Source of the DNA: Spirochaetia bacterium
Lineage (GTDB): Bacteria; Spirochaetota; Spirochaetia; UBA9216
DNA: 64,000 bases
Assembly (NCBI GenBank): GCA_963677925.2
Contig: CAXXYH010000003.1
Coordinates: 32,001-96,000 of the forward strand
Direction of reading: 5' to 3'
Shown: positions 22,050 through 31,473 of the stretch, in pieces
Layout: the number at the start of each line of letters is the position of its first letter
How positions within the stretch are numbered: position 1 is the stretch's first letter
Notes under the pieces: model-generated
What the model saw: the letters and a program-made list of their open reading frames with translations, nothing else
Databases searched by the model: none
Told to the model about the DNA's origin: nothing
Made by a program: the position numbers and the translations under genes

Positions 22050-22218
22050 CTACTTTATACATTCCTCTTAGAATCCGACACGGATGGCGGATTTCCTTCT
22101 TCTCGAAAAAACTTGGCGCTTATTGCCTATAACGTCCCGGGAATATAAGACGTTTTTATTTTTCTCATTGATTCTAACACACCCGAGGGTATCCCGAAAC
22201 TGAAAAATCCCGTGTATT

Positions 22219-22348
22219 TAACGATGATTTGAGCTGCCTGGTGGCGCGAATCTTCGAGCGCATTGACATGATTCTGGAGTGCGGCGATCAGTCGAACGTC
22301 TCTGCAAGAATCATGACAATAACCATGACTGCTCCAATTTTCATGTTA
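22219..22348 (-). repeat. attC (divergent variant)
   Basis: TAACGATGATTTGAGC...GCTCCAATTTTCATGTTA. Confidence 0.85.
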
Positions 22349-22460
22349 TACGGAAATTAGAGCTTTATTTTTTTGCGGTATATATCAAAAAAGCGGTTTA
22401 ACTATGTATTTACTCTACTTAAAAATTTGCTGGAGCATTCTTTGAATTTTAATTTCTAAA

Positions 22461-22715
22461 TCAATAATGAAATCTACAAGATATAATCTTAATTATTTCA
22501 TCATCTACCTCATATACAATTCTATGTTCTTGATCTATTCTCCTGGACCAACAACCCTGCAATTGATATTTTAGAGGTTCAGGTTTTCCAATTCCTTCGA
22601 AAGGGTCCCTTGTTATTTCTTTAATTAATTCATTAATTCTTCTTAAATTCTTTTTGTCATTTTTTTGCCAATACAAGTAATCATCCCATGATTCGGGAGT
22701 AAATAGTATATTCAT
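22461..22715 (-). CDS. yoeB: Txe/YoeB toxin
   Basis: WDDYLYWQ, GIGKPEPLK, WSRRIDQEHR and CRFHY motifs. Confidence 0.95.
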   Translation of the reverse strand: MNILFTPESWDDYLYWQKNDKKNLRRINELIKEITRDPFEGIGKPEPLKYQLQGCWSRRIDQEHRIVYEVDDEIIKIISCRFHY

Positions 22716-22966
22716 TCTTCGATTAATTCTTTTCTAAGTGTATTACCGGATCGGGCTGAATGTAATGATTTCATGAGATGTTCAGCATTTTTTTCAGATG
22801 ATAATAAGTATTGTGTTTCTGTAAGACTATTGTAGTCATCAAGAGAAATCATAACCAAATTCTCATTATTCTTGCGAGTTATAATCAAAGGTTCATGATC
22901 TTGGTAAACTTGTTCCATTCGAGCCTTTAAATTTCTTCTTAAATCGGTATAATTTATCGCATTCAT
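22712..22966 (-). CDS. yefM: YefM/Phd antitoxin
   Basis: NYTDLRRNL..EPLIITR..SLDDYNSLTETQYLLSS; 4-bp overlap with the toxin gene. Confidence 0.95.
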   Translation of the reverse strand: MNAINYTDLRRNLKARMEQVYQDHEPLIITRKNNENLVMISLDDYNSLTETQYLLSSEKNAEHLMKSLHSARSGNTLRKELIEE

Positions 22967-23001
22967 ATGTACAATATAACGTACCTATTTGTGTACGTCA
23001 A
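22967..23001 (-). promoter_or_regulatory. TA promoter with GTAC-core operator boxes; probably a leaderless transcript
   Basis: TTGACG-17 bp-TATATT ends 6 nt before the ATG. TGTACA at 22968-22973 and further GTAC boxes at 22981 and 22993. Confidence 0.6.
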
Positions 23002-23102
23002 TCTATTTCTATTGATTTTCACAAAGTCTAGAATTAGCAACTTTTGAAACAATTATTACGGGATATCTTAAGATATATATTTATCCATATCAAAATTCCG
23101 TA

Positions 23103-23235
23103 TAACGACCAGTTCAGCAGCTTAGCGGCGTGTGTTTTCACACGCATTGGCGAGGTTCTGGAGTGTAGCGCATCAGCGCGAAACGTCTCAGCCAGAACTG
23201 TGACAATAGCCAGGACAGTTCCAAAACCCTTGTTA
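23103..23235 (-). repeat. attC (divergent variant)
   Basis: TAACGACC...GTTCTGGAG...CCAGAACTGTGACAA...TTGTTA. Confidence 0.8.
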
Positions 23236-23390
23236 AATGCTATTACCCATATAATCCTAAATTAACAAAAATATATATAACGAAGAATAGAGTATAATTA
23301 ACGAAACATATCATCATAGAACGCAGATTTAATTGGACTTCCAAGACCCTCCAAAAGCTAAATCCGGATTACCATCTATATTTAAAATTT

Positions 23391-24392
23391 TCATCTCCAT
23401 TTTTCATTTTTTAGTTTTGCTGCTAATTCTTGAGAGTTTTTACAATCTATTGCAATATCCCAAAAATATCTTTTAGATTGCTGCATACCACCGCTTGATA
23501 TTTTAAAAAAAGATGTCTCAAATGGTTTCTCCAATAAAAAAACCTGTAAATCCACGGTTTTATTTTCTTCTACTCTCCAATCCCATTTTCGTATCATATT
23601 TTTTGCTTCTATAATCAATATTTCATCTTCAACGTTCACATTTTTCCATTTTATTCTTCCATCACTAATTTCTTTTTCAATAACTACTAAAGCTTTAATT
23701 TCGAAAATTTGATTTATTGATTTATTTAAATACGGCCCGAAGTATTTAGCTCTTCTATGACTATATGCACCACCTGTATCTGGACACATATAAACATTTT
23801 CATCAATCTCTTCATAAGTTCCTGTACAATTTACAACATCTAGCAAATATTTCCACTTTGGTAACAGATCATTTCGTTCTAAATATGTCTTGAATTCATC
23901 CAATAGATTTTGTAAATCTAAAGTATTACATGCTCCTTCCAATGCTCCCACAAAGTCTTCAAAACTAAGTGGTTGGATTATTATATTTTCTGATTTGGCA
24001 GATTGTATTGCTTCATGAAATCTAATCTCTATATTTTGATCTTCAAAATTAGATAATAATATTAGTATTTTTATTTCAGATTTATTATCAAAGCTTGTAA
24101 TGTGTCTTCGAATTTGTTCTTCATAAAACCAATCACTTAATTTTGTTTCAAAGAAAATTGAAAAAGATCGTTGTGTGATTGCTAAATCCGGAATACTTTT
24201 TCTTTGTTTAGTTTGTTGTTGAAATCTGGTTCCTACTATTAAATTTATTTCGTTTGGTAAAATTGTTGTTAAAATCTCCTCAAAATTTTTTGGACTGTTT
24301 TCATAAATCGTCTTCATCATTAAACCACAATAATTAGTTAAACTATTTTCTCTTTGATGATAATCTGAAAAAATCGATATTTCTCTACTCAT
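23391..24392 (-). CDS. PD-(D/E)xK nuclease-like protein cassette
   Basis: ENSLTN...IPDLAI...FFETK motif. Confidence 0.65.
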   Translation of the reverse strand: MSREISIFSDYHQRENSLTNYCGLMMKTIYENSPKNFEEILTTILPNEINLIVGTRFQQQTKQRKSIPDLAITQRSFSIFFETKLSDWFYEEQIRRHITSFDNKSEIKILILLSNFEDQNIEIRFHEAIQSAKSENIIIQPLSFEDFVGALEGACNTLDLQNLLDEFKTYLERNDLLPKWKYLLDVVNCTGTYEEIDENVYMCPDTGGAYSHRRAKYFGPYLNKSINQIFEIKALVVIEKEISDGRIKWKNVNVEDEILIIEAKNMIRKWDWRVEENKTVDLQVFLLEKPFETSFFKISSGGMQQSKRYFWDIAIDCKNSQELAAKLKNEKWR

Positions 24393-24578
24393 TTTTATTT
24401 CCTATTTCTATAAAACTATGTTGTTTATTTGTACCATTTTCCTTTTTTATCAATTGACCAAAGGTTAAGAATCTCCATCTTTATGAGCTAAATTAAGCTA
24501 ATGTTCCAAGTTTATCAATTTTTATTGTAACACCACTTACTCTTGCTTCCCTATTGAAAATGAAAATTTCTTGACATT

Positions 24579-24709
24579 TAACGACGATTTGAGTAGCGAA
24601 ACCGGCCGAGTCTTCGAGGCTTGGCGCAGTTCTGGAACGCAGCGCGATCAGCGCGAAACGTCTCAGCCAGAACCTTGATAATAGCCAAGACAGTTGCAAC
24701 CGTTTGTTC
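24579..24709 (-). repeat. attC (mosaic of the main family and the 23103 type)
   Basis: Left part matches the main family. Right part CGCGAAACGTCTCAGCCAGAAC..AATAGCCA.GACAGTT matches the 23103 site. Confidence 0.85.
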
Positions 24710-24721
24710 TACAGACTTATA

Positions 24722-24982
24722 TTATTGATAATGTGTCCACATTCTTAATATTTTTACAATCTGTTCGTCATAAAGAACTTGGTATACAAGTCTATGCTGG
24801 ATATTTATACGTCTTGAATAAGCGCCAGTTAAATCTCCAATTAATTTTTCATATGGGGGTGGATTTTGAAATGGATCTATTTTAATTATCTCTAATAATT
24901 CTTGAGTTTTTCTTTTAAGATTACTTTCTGAAAGTTTTTTTGCATCTTTTTTAGCTTGCTTAGTATAGAGTAATCGATACAT
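24722..24982 (-). CDS. Txe/YoeB family toxin
   Basis: QNPPPYEKLIGDL.GAYSRRINIQHRLVY..LRMWTHY. Confidence 0.93.
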   Translation of the reverse strand: MYRLLYTKQAKKDAKKLSESNLKRKTQELLEIIKIDPFQNPPPYEKLIGDLTGAYSRRINIQHRLVYQVLYDEQIVKILRMWTHYQ

Positions 24983-25225
24983 TTACCAATCCAGATTTTC
25001 TTCTAAATCATTAATTGGTGTATTCAATCCATCAACTATTGATTCTCTCATTCCAGGAATAGACATTAAATAAAGTGTTTCTTCTATACTCTTCCAATCA
25101 TCTTCTCCGATTAAAACCGCAGAGCTGTTTTTTCCGGTTATATGAATAGGCTCATGTGATAAATTGACTGATTCAACAATTCTGTAAAGGTCTTTTCTAG
25201 CATTAGTGATGTTTATAGAACTCAT
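24983..25225 (-). CDS. Phd/YefM family antitoxin
   Basis: NITNARKDLY..HEPIHITGK..DWKSIEETLYL. Own promoter TAGACA-17-TATATT at 25255-25283. Confidence 0.93.
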   Translation of the reverse strand: MSSINITNARKDLYRIVESVNLSHEPIHITGKNSSAVLIGEDDWKSIEETLYLMSIPGMRESIVDGLNTPINDLEENLDW

Positions 25226-25415
25226 AGATCCTCCGTACGTTAAAACGCACGTATAATATACTATATAAATCTATTATTGTCTATTTAAAAATTATAGCTA
25301 AAAACCAAACCTAAACTGGAGGTTTATCCACCCAGAGTCTGGCTTCCAGTGGTCCGTTAACCTTAATTACCCATAATTTTTTGATTGTTGTTGTAAGAAA
25401 CTAATTTGTTCTGTA

Positions 25416-25545
25416 GAACGACGATTTGAGTAGCAAAATTGATCGGCGTCTTCGCCGAATTGGCGCGATTCTGGAGTGAGCGATCAGCGAGCGTCTTTAG
25501 CCAGAATCGTGACAATAAATTTTGACTACTCCAAATCTCTTGTTA
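25416..25545 (-). repeat. attC (variant)
   Basis: GAACGACGATTTGAGTAGC...TACTCCAAATCTCTTGTTA; the upstream ORF stop codon lies in R''. Confidence 0.88.
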
Positions 25546-27003
25546 TATGGATTTTTTTAAAATCACTGTTTTATCCAATTCATCCTCGATAAATCTATTT
25601 TCGAAACATTCAAACTCTTGCATAATTTGCATAAATTCAATTCCTTTAACATGCCCCTCACTATATTGCCTTTCAATTTTTTCTATTATTATTTTTTCAA
25701 ATAATTCTTGATCATTGTTAAGTATCTGTATCAAAATCTCAAATTCTTCTATATTAATCATAAATGCATTATGAAAATTACAATCATCATCATTCGAGAT
25801 CTTCTCTAATCTCTCTTTTATTACTCCGTCAGCTAAAAAAATATCATCAAAATATAGAACCAGCTTAATTATCTCTATTTCTTTATCTAAAGTTTGCTCA
25901 GTTCTAGATAATTGCTTGACAGCTTTTATATATTCTTTAAAAACGTAATCTATTTTTTCAAGATCAAAAATTATATCTTTTTCTGATATGTTAAACATCT
26001 TAAATTTTTGTTCAATTAATAATATATATTTCTGTGAATTAACTATCAAATCAGCTCGTTTCTGCTTTTTATCTTCTTTTAATCTTTCAAATTTAATATT
26101 AAATTTCTTTAGGATTTTATCAACATATTTTTCAAAGCGCATCCCTAAGTGTTGATTGATTTCTTTACCATAACTCTTTTTATATTTTTCTCGTGTATAC
26201 CAATATATAAACCCCAAACATTTATTAGCATATATAAATGAATTTAGAATCTTATATTCATCTTTACCAATTTCTATAATAGGAGTTACAAACATTTGCT
26301 TTTGATTTAAAGTTGATTTCCTAAAACAACTATAATCTGTAGCAAACTTCCTTATAATATCATGAAGTAAACTACTATTTTTTCCATATAGCAGGAACTG
26401 TTTATCTAATGCAATTGGGAATTTAATAATTGTTCCTCTTTGAGCCATTATCATTAACACAAAAGATGCAAGAACGACATTGCTAAATTCAACCTTAAAT
26501 TCATCTTCGATTATCGATTGGAGATTCACATTATCATTATAATTATCAGTTAACAATAAATTGAATCTTACAAACTTATTTATCATTCGGTACCCTTCTT
26601 GATACCAAAATGTTTTCTGCATTAAACCAAATAGGATATAGAAAAACATACTTTCATCATCAAACTGTTTACTTTCTCTATCTTTTTTAGATATTTCATC
26701 ATCGAAACCAAGAAATAATCCATATAAATTCATGAATTCATGTTCTGTAATTTTACGTGTTGATAATTCATTAGTATATTTTATTGCATAATATGAAATA
26801 TCCGCTAAATTCCAAGGAGTCAGGAAAGACGACCCCTTTTTAATTAGAATATTACTTTCACTTGATGTTTTCTCAAAAAGATGAAATCGGACTACTGGTT
26901 CATCATTCATCCATAATTTCATTGATAATGATGAAGAAATTTCCAAAATACTACTTAGTTTATAGTTTTTTATTTCTCTAATAAATCTGTAATTCTCAAA
27001 CAA
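25543..27003 (-). CDS. Hypothetical protein with C-terminal PD-(D/E)xK/NERD-like nuclease motif
   Basis: GMRFEKYV...RADLIV...LIEQK. Confidence 0.6.
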   Translation of the reverse strand: MFENYRFIREIKNYKLSSILEISSSLSMKLWMNDEPVVRFHLFEKTSSESNILIKKGSSFLTPWNLADISYYAIKYTNELSTRKITEHEFMNLYGLFLGFDDEISKKDRESKQFDDESMFFYILFGLMQKTFWYQEGYRMINKFVRFNLLLTDNYNDNVNLQSIIEDEFKVEFSNVVLASFVLMIMAQRGTIIKFPIALDKQFLLYGKNSSLLHDIIRKFATDYSCFRKSTLNQKQMFVTPIIEIGKDEYKILNSFIYANKCLGFIYWYTREKYKKSYGKEINQHLGMRFEKYVDKILKKFNIKFERLKEDKKQKRADLIVNSQKYILLIEQKFKMFNISEKDIIFDLEKIDYVFKEYIKAVKQLSRTEQTLDKEIEIIKLVLYFDDIFLADGVIKERLEKISNDDDCNFHNAFMINIEEFEILIQILNNDQELFEKIIIEKIERQYSEGHVKGIEFMQIMQEFECFENRFIEDELDKTVILKKSI

Positions 27004-27030
27004 CTATTTTTTCCTATTCTTAATTCCATA

Positions 27031-27163
27031 TAACGACGATTTGAGTAGCGAAACCGGCCGAGTCTTCGAGGCTTGGCGCAGTTCTGGAACGTAGCGCGAT
27101 CAGCGCGGAGTGTCTTTAGCCAGAACTGTGACAAAGGTTTTGACTACTCCAAATCTCTTGTTA
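27031..27163 (-). repeat. attC (main family, 133 bp)
   Basis: Consensus copy. Confidence 0.93.
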
Positions 27164-28330
27164 TATGGATTTATTCTCTTTCTCTAATTCATGCTCCTCT
27201 AAATTAGATATCTTAAAAATAATATAAGTATATAGGACAAAGAATACATACCTAATTACAAACAGTATTATGAACCTTATAAGATTATTACTTATAATCA
27301 TCAATATATTTGTACTATCCAAAGTTATTGATCTCAGAAAATAGTCAATTACAACATTGACTCCTAAAAAGATAATATTATATTTTAAGAGACTGGATAA
27401 ATTCCTTACTATGAAATCGATTGTATTTAATAAAGCTATTTTTAATTTTTCATTATAAATACTGATTCTAATTAATAATACCGGAACTAAGAAACCAAAC
27501 ACTATTTTTATAAAAGAAATTAATGTTATATATTTATTAAACAAATCTTTATCTATATAAAACCCTACAGAGAATATAAAACTAGTTAGTACAATTATAA
27601 AGAATATTGAGATATTGTTTTCAATACTAAAAGTGATTATCTCTTTATTATCACATTTTATATCCTTAAAATAGTTTATCAGACAAGTAAATACGTATCT
27701 ATAAAATATTGAAGCTATATAAGATATCAAAATAGTTTGCAAAATCATTATTACTTTTTCAATATTGCGTATTTCAAAATTATCATAAAAAATAGCTAAT
27801 AATATTAATAACAATACAAGTGCAGCAAATACCGTATAAATAATATATATTTCTTTTATTTTACTTCTTTTTATTCCTTTTCCTACTCTTATTATATATA
27901 TAAATAAGGCTATTATCATTATAAACATAATTGTATTGTAAAAATTAAATAGGGAAATAGTACTATATAAATATTTACCAAGGTTTTGGTAAAGAAAAAT
28001 TATAATATTTTTTAAATCTAACAAATCGTTTGCACTTTTAAATATTAACCCATTATCACCTTTATAATATTTTACATAATTCATTAGATTTGGAATCTGA
28101 ATAGCTTCAATCACTATCTTAGTAACAACAGGGATAATAAAAAATAAGATCCAATTTTTAGACATGCTATTCTTACAAAGATCAATTATATTTCTTCTAT
28201 CTAAAATATTCTTATCTTCAATATTTCTATTATTATCATTCTTTATTCTCATTAGAATTATAAAACATAATACAGCTATGAAAGATGTGATTAATAGATC
28301 GTAGTTTATCTCCATTTTCATTGCTCCCAT
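27161..28330 (-). CDS. Polytopic membrane protein cassette
   Basis: 389 aa with about 9 hydrophobic segments; stop codon lies in R''. Confidence 0.7.
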   Translation of the reverse strand: MGAMKMEINYDLLITSFIAVLCFIILMRIKNDNNRNIEDKNILDRRNIIDLCKNSMSKNWILFFIIPVVTKIVIEAIQIPNLMNYVKYYKGDNGLIFKSANDLLDLKNIIIFLYQNLGKYLYSTISLFNFYNTIMFIMIIALFIYIIRVGKGIKRSKIKEIYIIYTVFAALVLLLILLAIFYDNFEIRNIEKVIMILQTILISYIASIFYRYVFTCLINYFKDIKCDNKEIITFSIENNISIFFIIVLTSFIFSVGFYIDKDLFNKYITLISFIKIVFGFLVPVLLIRISIYNEKLKIALLNTIDFIVRNLSSLLKYNIIFLGVNVVIDYFLRSITLDSTNILMIISNNLIRFIILFVIRYVFFVLYTYIIFKISNLEEHELEKENKSI

Positions 28331-28377
28331 ATTATCATATTCATACTAAATTTAGTAATATCTCTCAGAATTCCATA

Positions 28378-28510
28378 TAACGACGATTTGAGTAGCGAAA
28401 CCGGCCGAGTCTTCGAGGCTTGGCGCAGTTCTGGAACGCAGCGCGATTAGCGCAGAGTGTCTTTAGCCAGAACTGTGACAAAGGTTTTGACTACTCCAAA
28501 TCTCTTGTTA
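28378..28510 (-). repeat. attC (main family)
   Basis: Near-consensus copy. Confidence 0.93.
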
Positions 28511-28586
28511 TGTTGTATTTTGTTTTTCTATTCTTTTTATATTTTCATTATTTTGTTCCAAGGTTCTTATTTTTCATAATTAAAAT

Positions 28587-29387
28587 TTATAAATCTATAA
28601 TATCCATTTTATATTCTACTGTGCTAGGAATAGCTTTATAGTAATCAATCTGACAATTTTTTTCTTTAAATACATTTTTTATCAAATCGATATTATCAAT
28701 TTTTGTTTTATCTCCAAATATTATTCCACATAATTTTCTCGGATTGTAAGTAATTTTCTGCTTTGAATTTGAAAACTTATCATAGATAACCGCACGCCAC
28801 TCTTGCTCATATTTCCAATTTTCATGTTTAGTATATAAATATTTTGCCATATCTTCTATATTTCGATTTAATATATTGTTTTGTACAGGCATTGTTTCAG
28901 AATAATTGATTTTTTTTATAAATATAAATCCAGGAGGAACAAGGTTAGTATGTCTCCCATTAAAATTGTGTCCTTTGAATTTAATTCCATATAAATCATT
29001 ATAATTATTTAACTCTATCTTTATACATATTCCGGAATGATTTTCTGCATAATGACTCCACATCAATGTATTATGTGGATTTTCTGTTAGAGACAATACG
29101 CTTATAGTATCATTTGCTTTTTCTATATTATTCTTATTGAATTTATCATCTAAAAGTTTGGGATTGTTCAAATACTTTATATATTCATAATATTTATTAT
29201 TAGTAGGTTTTAATTTTGTACTCCTAATATAATCTCTTTTTTCTTCATCAGTACCTTTAATATAGTAACGAATTTTACAATCGAATGGATCATTGAGTTG
29301 ACTTGGTTTAGCAAAATATAAATAACTATTTTTTAAAGAATCTAAGGTATTTTCATTAATATTATAAAATTTATATATATATTTCAT
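28587..29387 (-). CDS. DUF2971-domain protein cassette
   Basis: LNDPFDC, LMWSHYAENHSGICI and KHENWKYEQEWR motifs. Confidence 0.85.
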   Translation of the reverse strand: MKYIYKFYNINENTLDSLKNSYLYFAKPSQLNDPFDCKIRYYIKGTDEEKRDYIRSTKLKPTNNKYYEYIKYLNNPKLLDDKFNKNNIEKANDTISVLSLTENPHNTLMWSHYAENHSGICIKIELNNYNDLYGIKFKGHNFNGRHTNLVPPGFIFIKKINYSETMPVQNNILNRNIEDMAKYLYTKHENWKYEQEWRAVIYDKFSNSKQKITYNPRKLCGIIFGDKTKIDNIDLIKNVFKEKNCQIDYYKAIPSTVEYKMDIIDL

Positions 29388-29541
29388 TTTCTAAATATTC
29401 CTTCTCCAATTCTTTTTTTAAATCGGAACTCAACATATTAAACAACTGCAGTTCAGTTTGGCCTTCTTATTTGATTCTGCTTGGAAACTAATCTATTAGA
29501 AAATTGTATATCCAGATAGTAAACTATTCCCTATATCAACA

Positions 29542-29553
29542 TAACGACGATTT
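29542..29553 (+). repeat. attL core direct repeat (R' end of the split attC)
   Basis: CAACA-TAACGACGATTT is followed by AAACGC instead of GAGTAG. Confidence 0.9.
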
Positions 29554-29580
29554 AAACGCAGCCCATGGAAGAAGTTGTTG

Positions 29581-29599
29581 AAAAAGTAGGGTAAACCCT
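29581..29599 (+). promoter_or_regulatory. 19-bp box repeated upstream of xis (copy 1)
   Basis: AAAAAGTAGGGTAAACCCT, identical at 32129-32147. Confidence 0.7.
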
Positions 29600-29701
29600 T
29601 ACCCAATAACACTTTACTCCTCTGTAAGGTTCTATCTAATACTAAACCAAAATGGCCGTGTATGCAGCTATGATAGCATTTCGGCCGCATAAGGAGTTTT
29701 T

Positions 29702-30856
29702 ATGCGTTACAGAGAACCTTTTACACTCTATCTCAGGAAGTTACCCTCGGGTAAGAAGATTTGGTATTATCAAACATACGATATGAACAACAAACGGACA
29801 AGCGCCTTTTCTACAGGTAAGAAATCTAAAACTGCAGCAAAAGCTTATTGTTTTGATTTACTGAAAAAAGATTTATTGATTCCGGTAAGACTGAGCAAAA
29901 TCACTTTTAAAAAATATTCTGAAAACTGGTGGCTATGGGATAAATGTGAATACTTGAATTATCTCAAAAAGAGAAAGACGATTTCAAGATCATATGCGAA
30001 GACCGCCCGGGTTATGCTTGGCAAGCATATACTACCGTATTTTGGAAAGCTGCAGTTGAGAGAAATAAGGTCATACGATATTGAGAAATGGCTGGATACA
30101 TTTGCTGTTAAGGGTCTGGCGAATGCAACGGCAAATCTCGGATTGGCTTTTTTGAAGATCATGTTCAAGGAAGCTGTAAGACGTGAGATTATATTTGAGG
30201 ATTCTTCAAGCTCAATCATGCCGCTTAAAACGGAAGCGGTAGTTCGCGGGGTCCTCTCCCAGGATGAAGTCTCAAAGCTTTTTAATCCTGAGAATAAAAA
30301 ACAAATATGGTCAAATGATATTTATTATTACGCAAATTTGTTGTCAGCCTGCACGGGCATGAGGCTTGGTGAAATACTCGCGGTTCGTGGGGAAGTACTG
30401 AAAGATAATTATATCATCGTTGACAAGCAGTATACTAAGAGCTTCGGGCTAACGGATACGAAGACTCATCATTCGAGAAAGGTAATAATTCCAGAAACAT
30501 TGATGGCCGAGGTTCTGAATTACTCGGAACAAAATAACGGCGGATATATATTTTCAATAGACGGCGGGAAGCAGCCGGTTTATCCGGACACTATGCGCCG
30601 AGCATTATTTAAAGCACTTGGGAATATTGGAATTGATGATGAACAAAGACGTGAACGAAACATATGCTTTCACAGTTGGAGGCATTACCTGAACACTACC
30701 CTAAGAAGCAACAACATCACCGACGGCAAGCTCAGAGCGCTGGTCGGACATTCATCTTCCAGGATGACCGAACACTACACCCATTTTGATACTGAGGATT
30801 TCAAGGACATTCAGGAGATCCAGAACAAGATAATAAACTTTAAAAAAGTAGTATGA
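29702..30856 (+). CDS. Tyrosine recombinase/integrase (phage/genomic-island type, not IntI)
   Basis: TGMRLGE, TKT, FHSWRH, VGH and EHY catalytic motifs; basic N-terminal arm-binding-like domain; AAGGAG RBS. Confidence 0.95.
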   Translation: MRYREPFTLYLRKLPSGKKIWYYQTYDMNNKRTSAFSTGKKSKTAAKAYCFDLLKKDLLIPVRLSKITFKKYSENWWLWDKCEYLNYLKKRKTISRSYAKTARVMLGKHILPYFGKLQLREIRSYDIEKWLDTFAVKGLANATANLGLAFLKIMFKEAVRREIIFEDSSSSIMPLKTEAVVRGVLSQDEVSKLFNPENKKQIWSNDIYYYANLLSACTGMRLGEILAVRGEVLKDNYIIVDKQYTKSFGLTDTKTHHSRKVIIPETLMAEVLNYSEQNNGGYIFSIDGGKQPVYPDTMRRALFKALGNIGIDDEQRRERNICFHSWRHYLNTTLRSNNITDGKLRALVGHSSSRMTEHYTHFDTEDFKDIQEIQNKIINFKKVV

Positions 30857-30864
30857 GTCAATTC

Positions 30865-30902
30865 GAAACTGGTAAATAGCAAAGTCTACCAGTTTCATTT
30901 TT
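30865..30902 (+). terminator. Intrinsic terminator after the integrase
   Basis: GAAACTGGTA...TACCAGTTTC followed by ATTTTT. Confidence 0.6.
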
Positions 30903-31128
30903 CAAAAATCTGGAATAATTTTCTAAAACAGTTTCAAGGTCTTGGTATTTCTGTAAATTTCATGTTAGGATTAAAAGTGTAAAATCTGCTGCAAATCCTC
31001 AGCCAATACCAAGAAGCAAAAACTACAAACAGCGTTTACAGTACCGAACATGAGACTCGAGTTAATAGTATTCAATGCACAAAGCTATGTAGCTATAGCA
31101 TTCATAATATATTCCCAGGAGAAAAACT

Positions 31129-31473
31129 ATGAAACCAGTCCAATGCTGTCTCTAGCAAAAAGAAGAATTCACGAAGGAGGACCTTCAACTTGAAAACATA
31201 CATACCTATGAAGATAATGATCACTTTAAACATAAGCTGAAAAGATGCCGGGAATGCGGTCAACTGTATTTCTATGAGTTTTATGAGGAAATAGACTGGG
31301 AAAACGGCAACGACCCCAGTTATATTACATATATTCCGGTTAAAACAAAAGAAGAAGCAGATTCCGTGGCCGGGTTATCTCCAATGGAACTGTTATCCCA
31401 CTTCCCGCAGATTAGAGATGACTTCCCAAGTGATGCTGATAAACCAAGAATAAGCTGGAGAGGTCGTGATTAG
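31129..31473 (+). pseudogene. Small CxxC-containing hypothetical gene with a premature TAG at codon 9 (missed by the ORF track)
   Basis: AGGAG RBS; MKPVQCCL*QKEEF...KRCRECGQLYFYEFYEEIDWENGNDP...WRGRD*. Confidence 0.65.

Noticed and set aside
24493-24578. Possible captured gene tail at the 5' end of the nuclease cassette
   Set aside because: Only about 28 codons; cannot be distinguished from chance without a search.
29702-30856. Integrase as the integron integrase IntI
   Set aside because: No recognisable IntI-specific insertion. It has an arm-binding-like N-terminus, sits mid-array inside a direct-repeat-bounded element with an excisionase, and cassettes continue on both sides.
30940-31014. 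10-bp inverted repeat TCTTGGTATT/AATACCAAGA after int
   Set aside because: Short and AT-rich, with no supporting context.
31153-31155. Stop-codon reassignment or read-through (also the TGA at 8631)
   Set aside because: TAG and TGA end many intact genes in the window, and the 8.4-8.8 kb gene also has frameshifts. Pseudogenisation is the simpler explanation.
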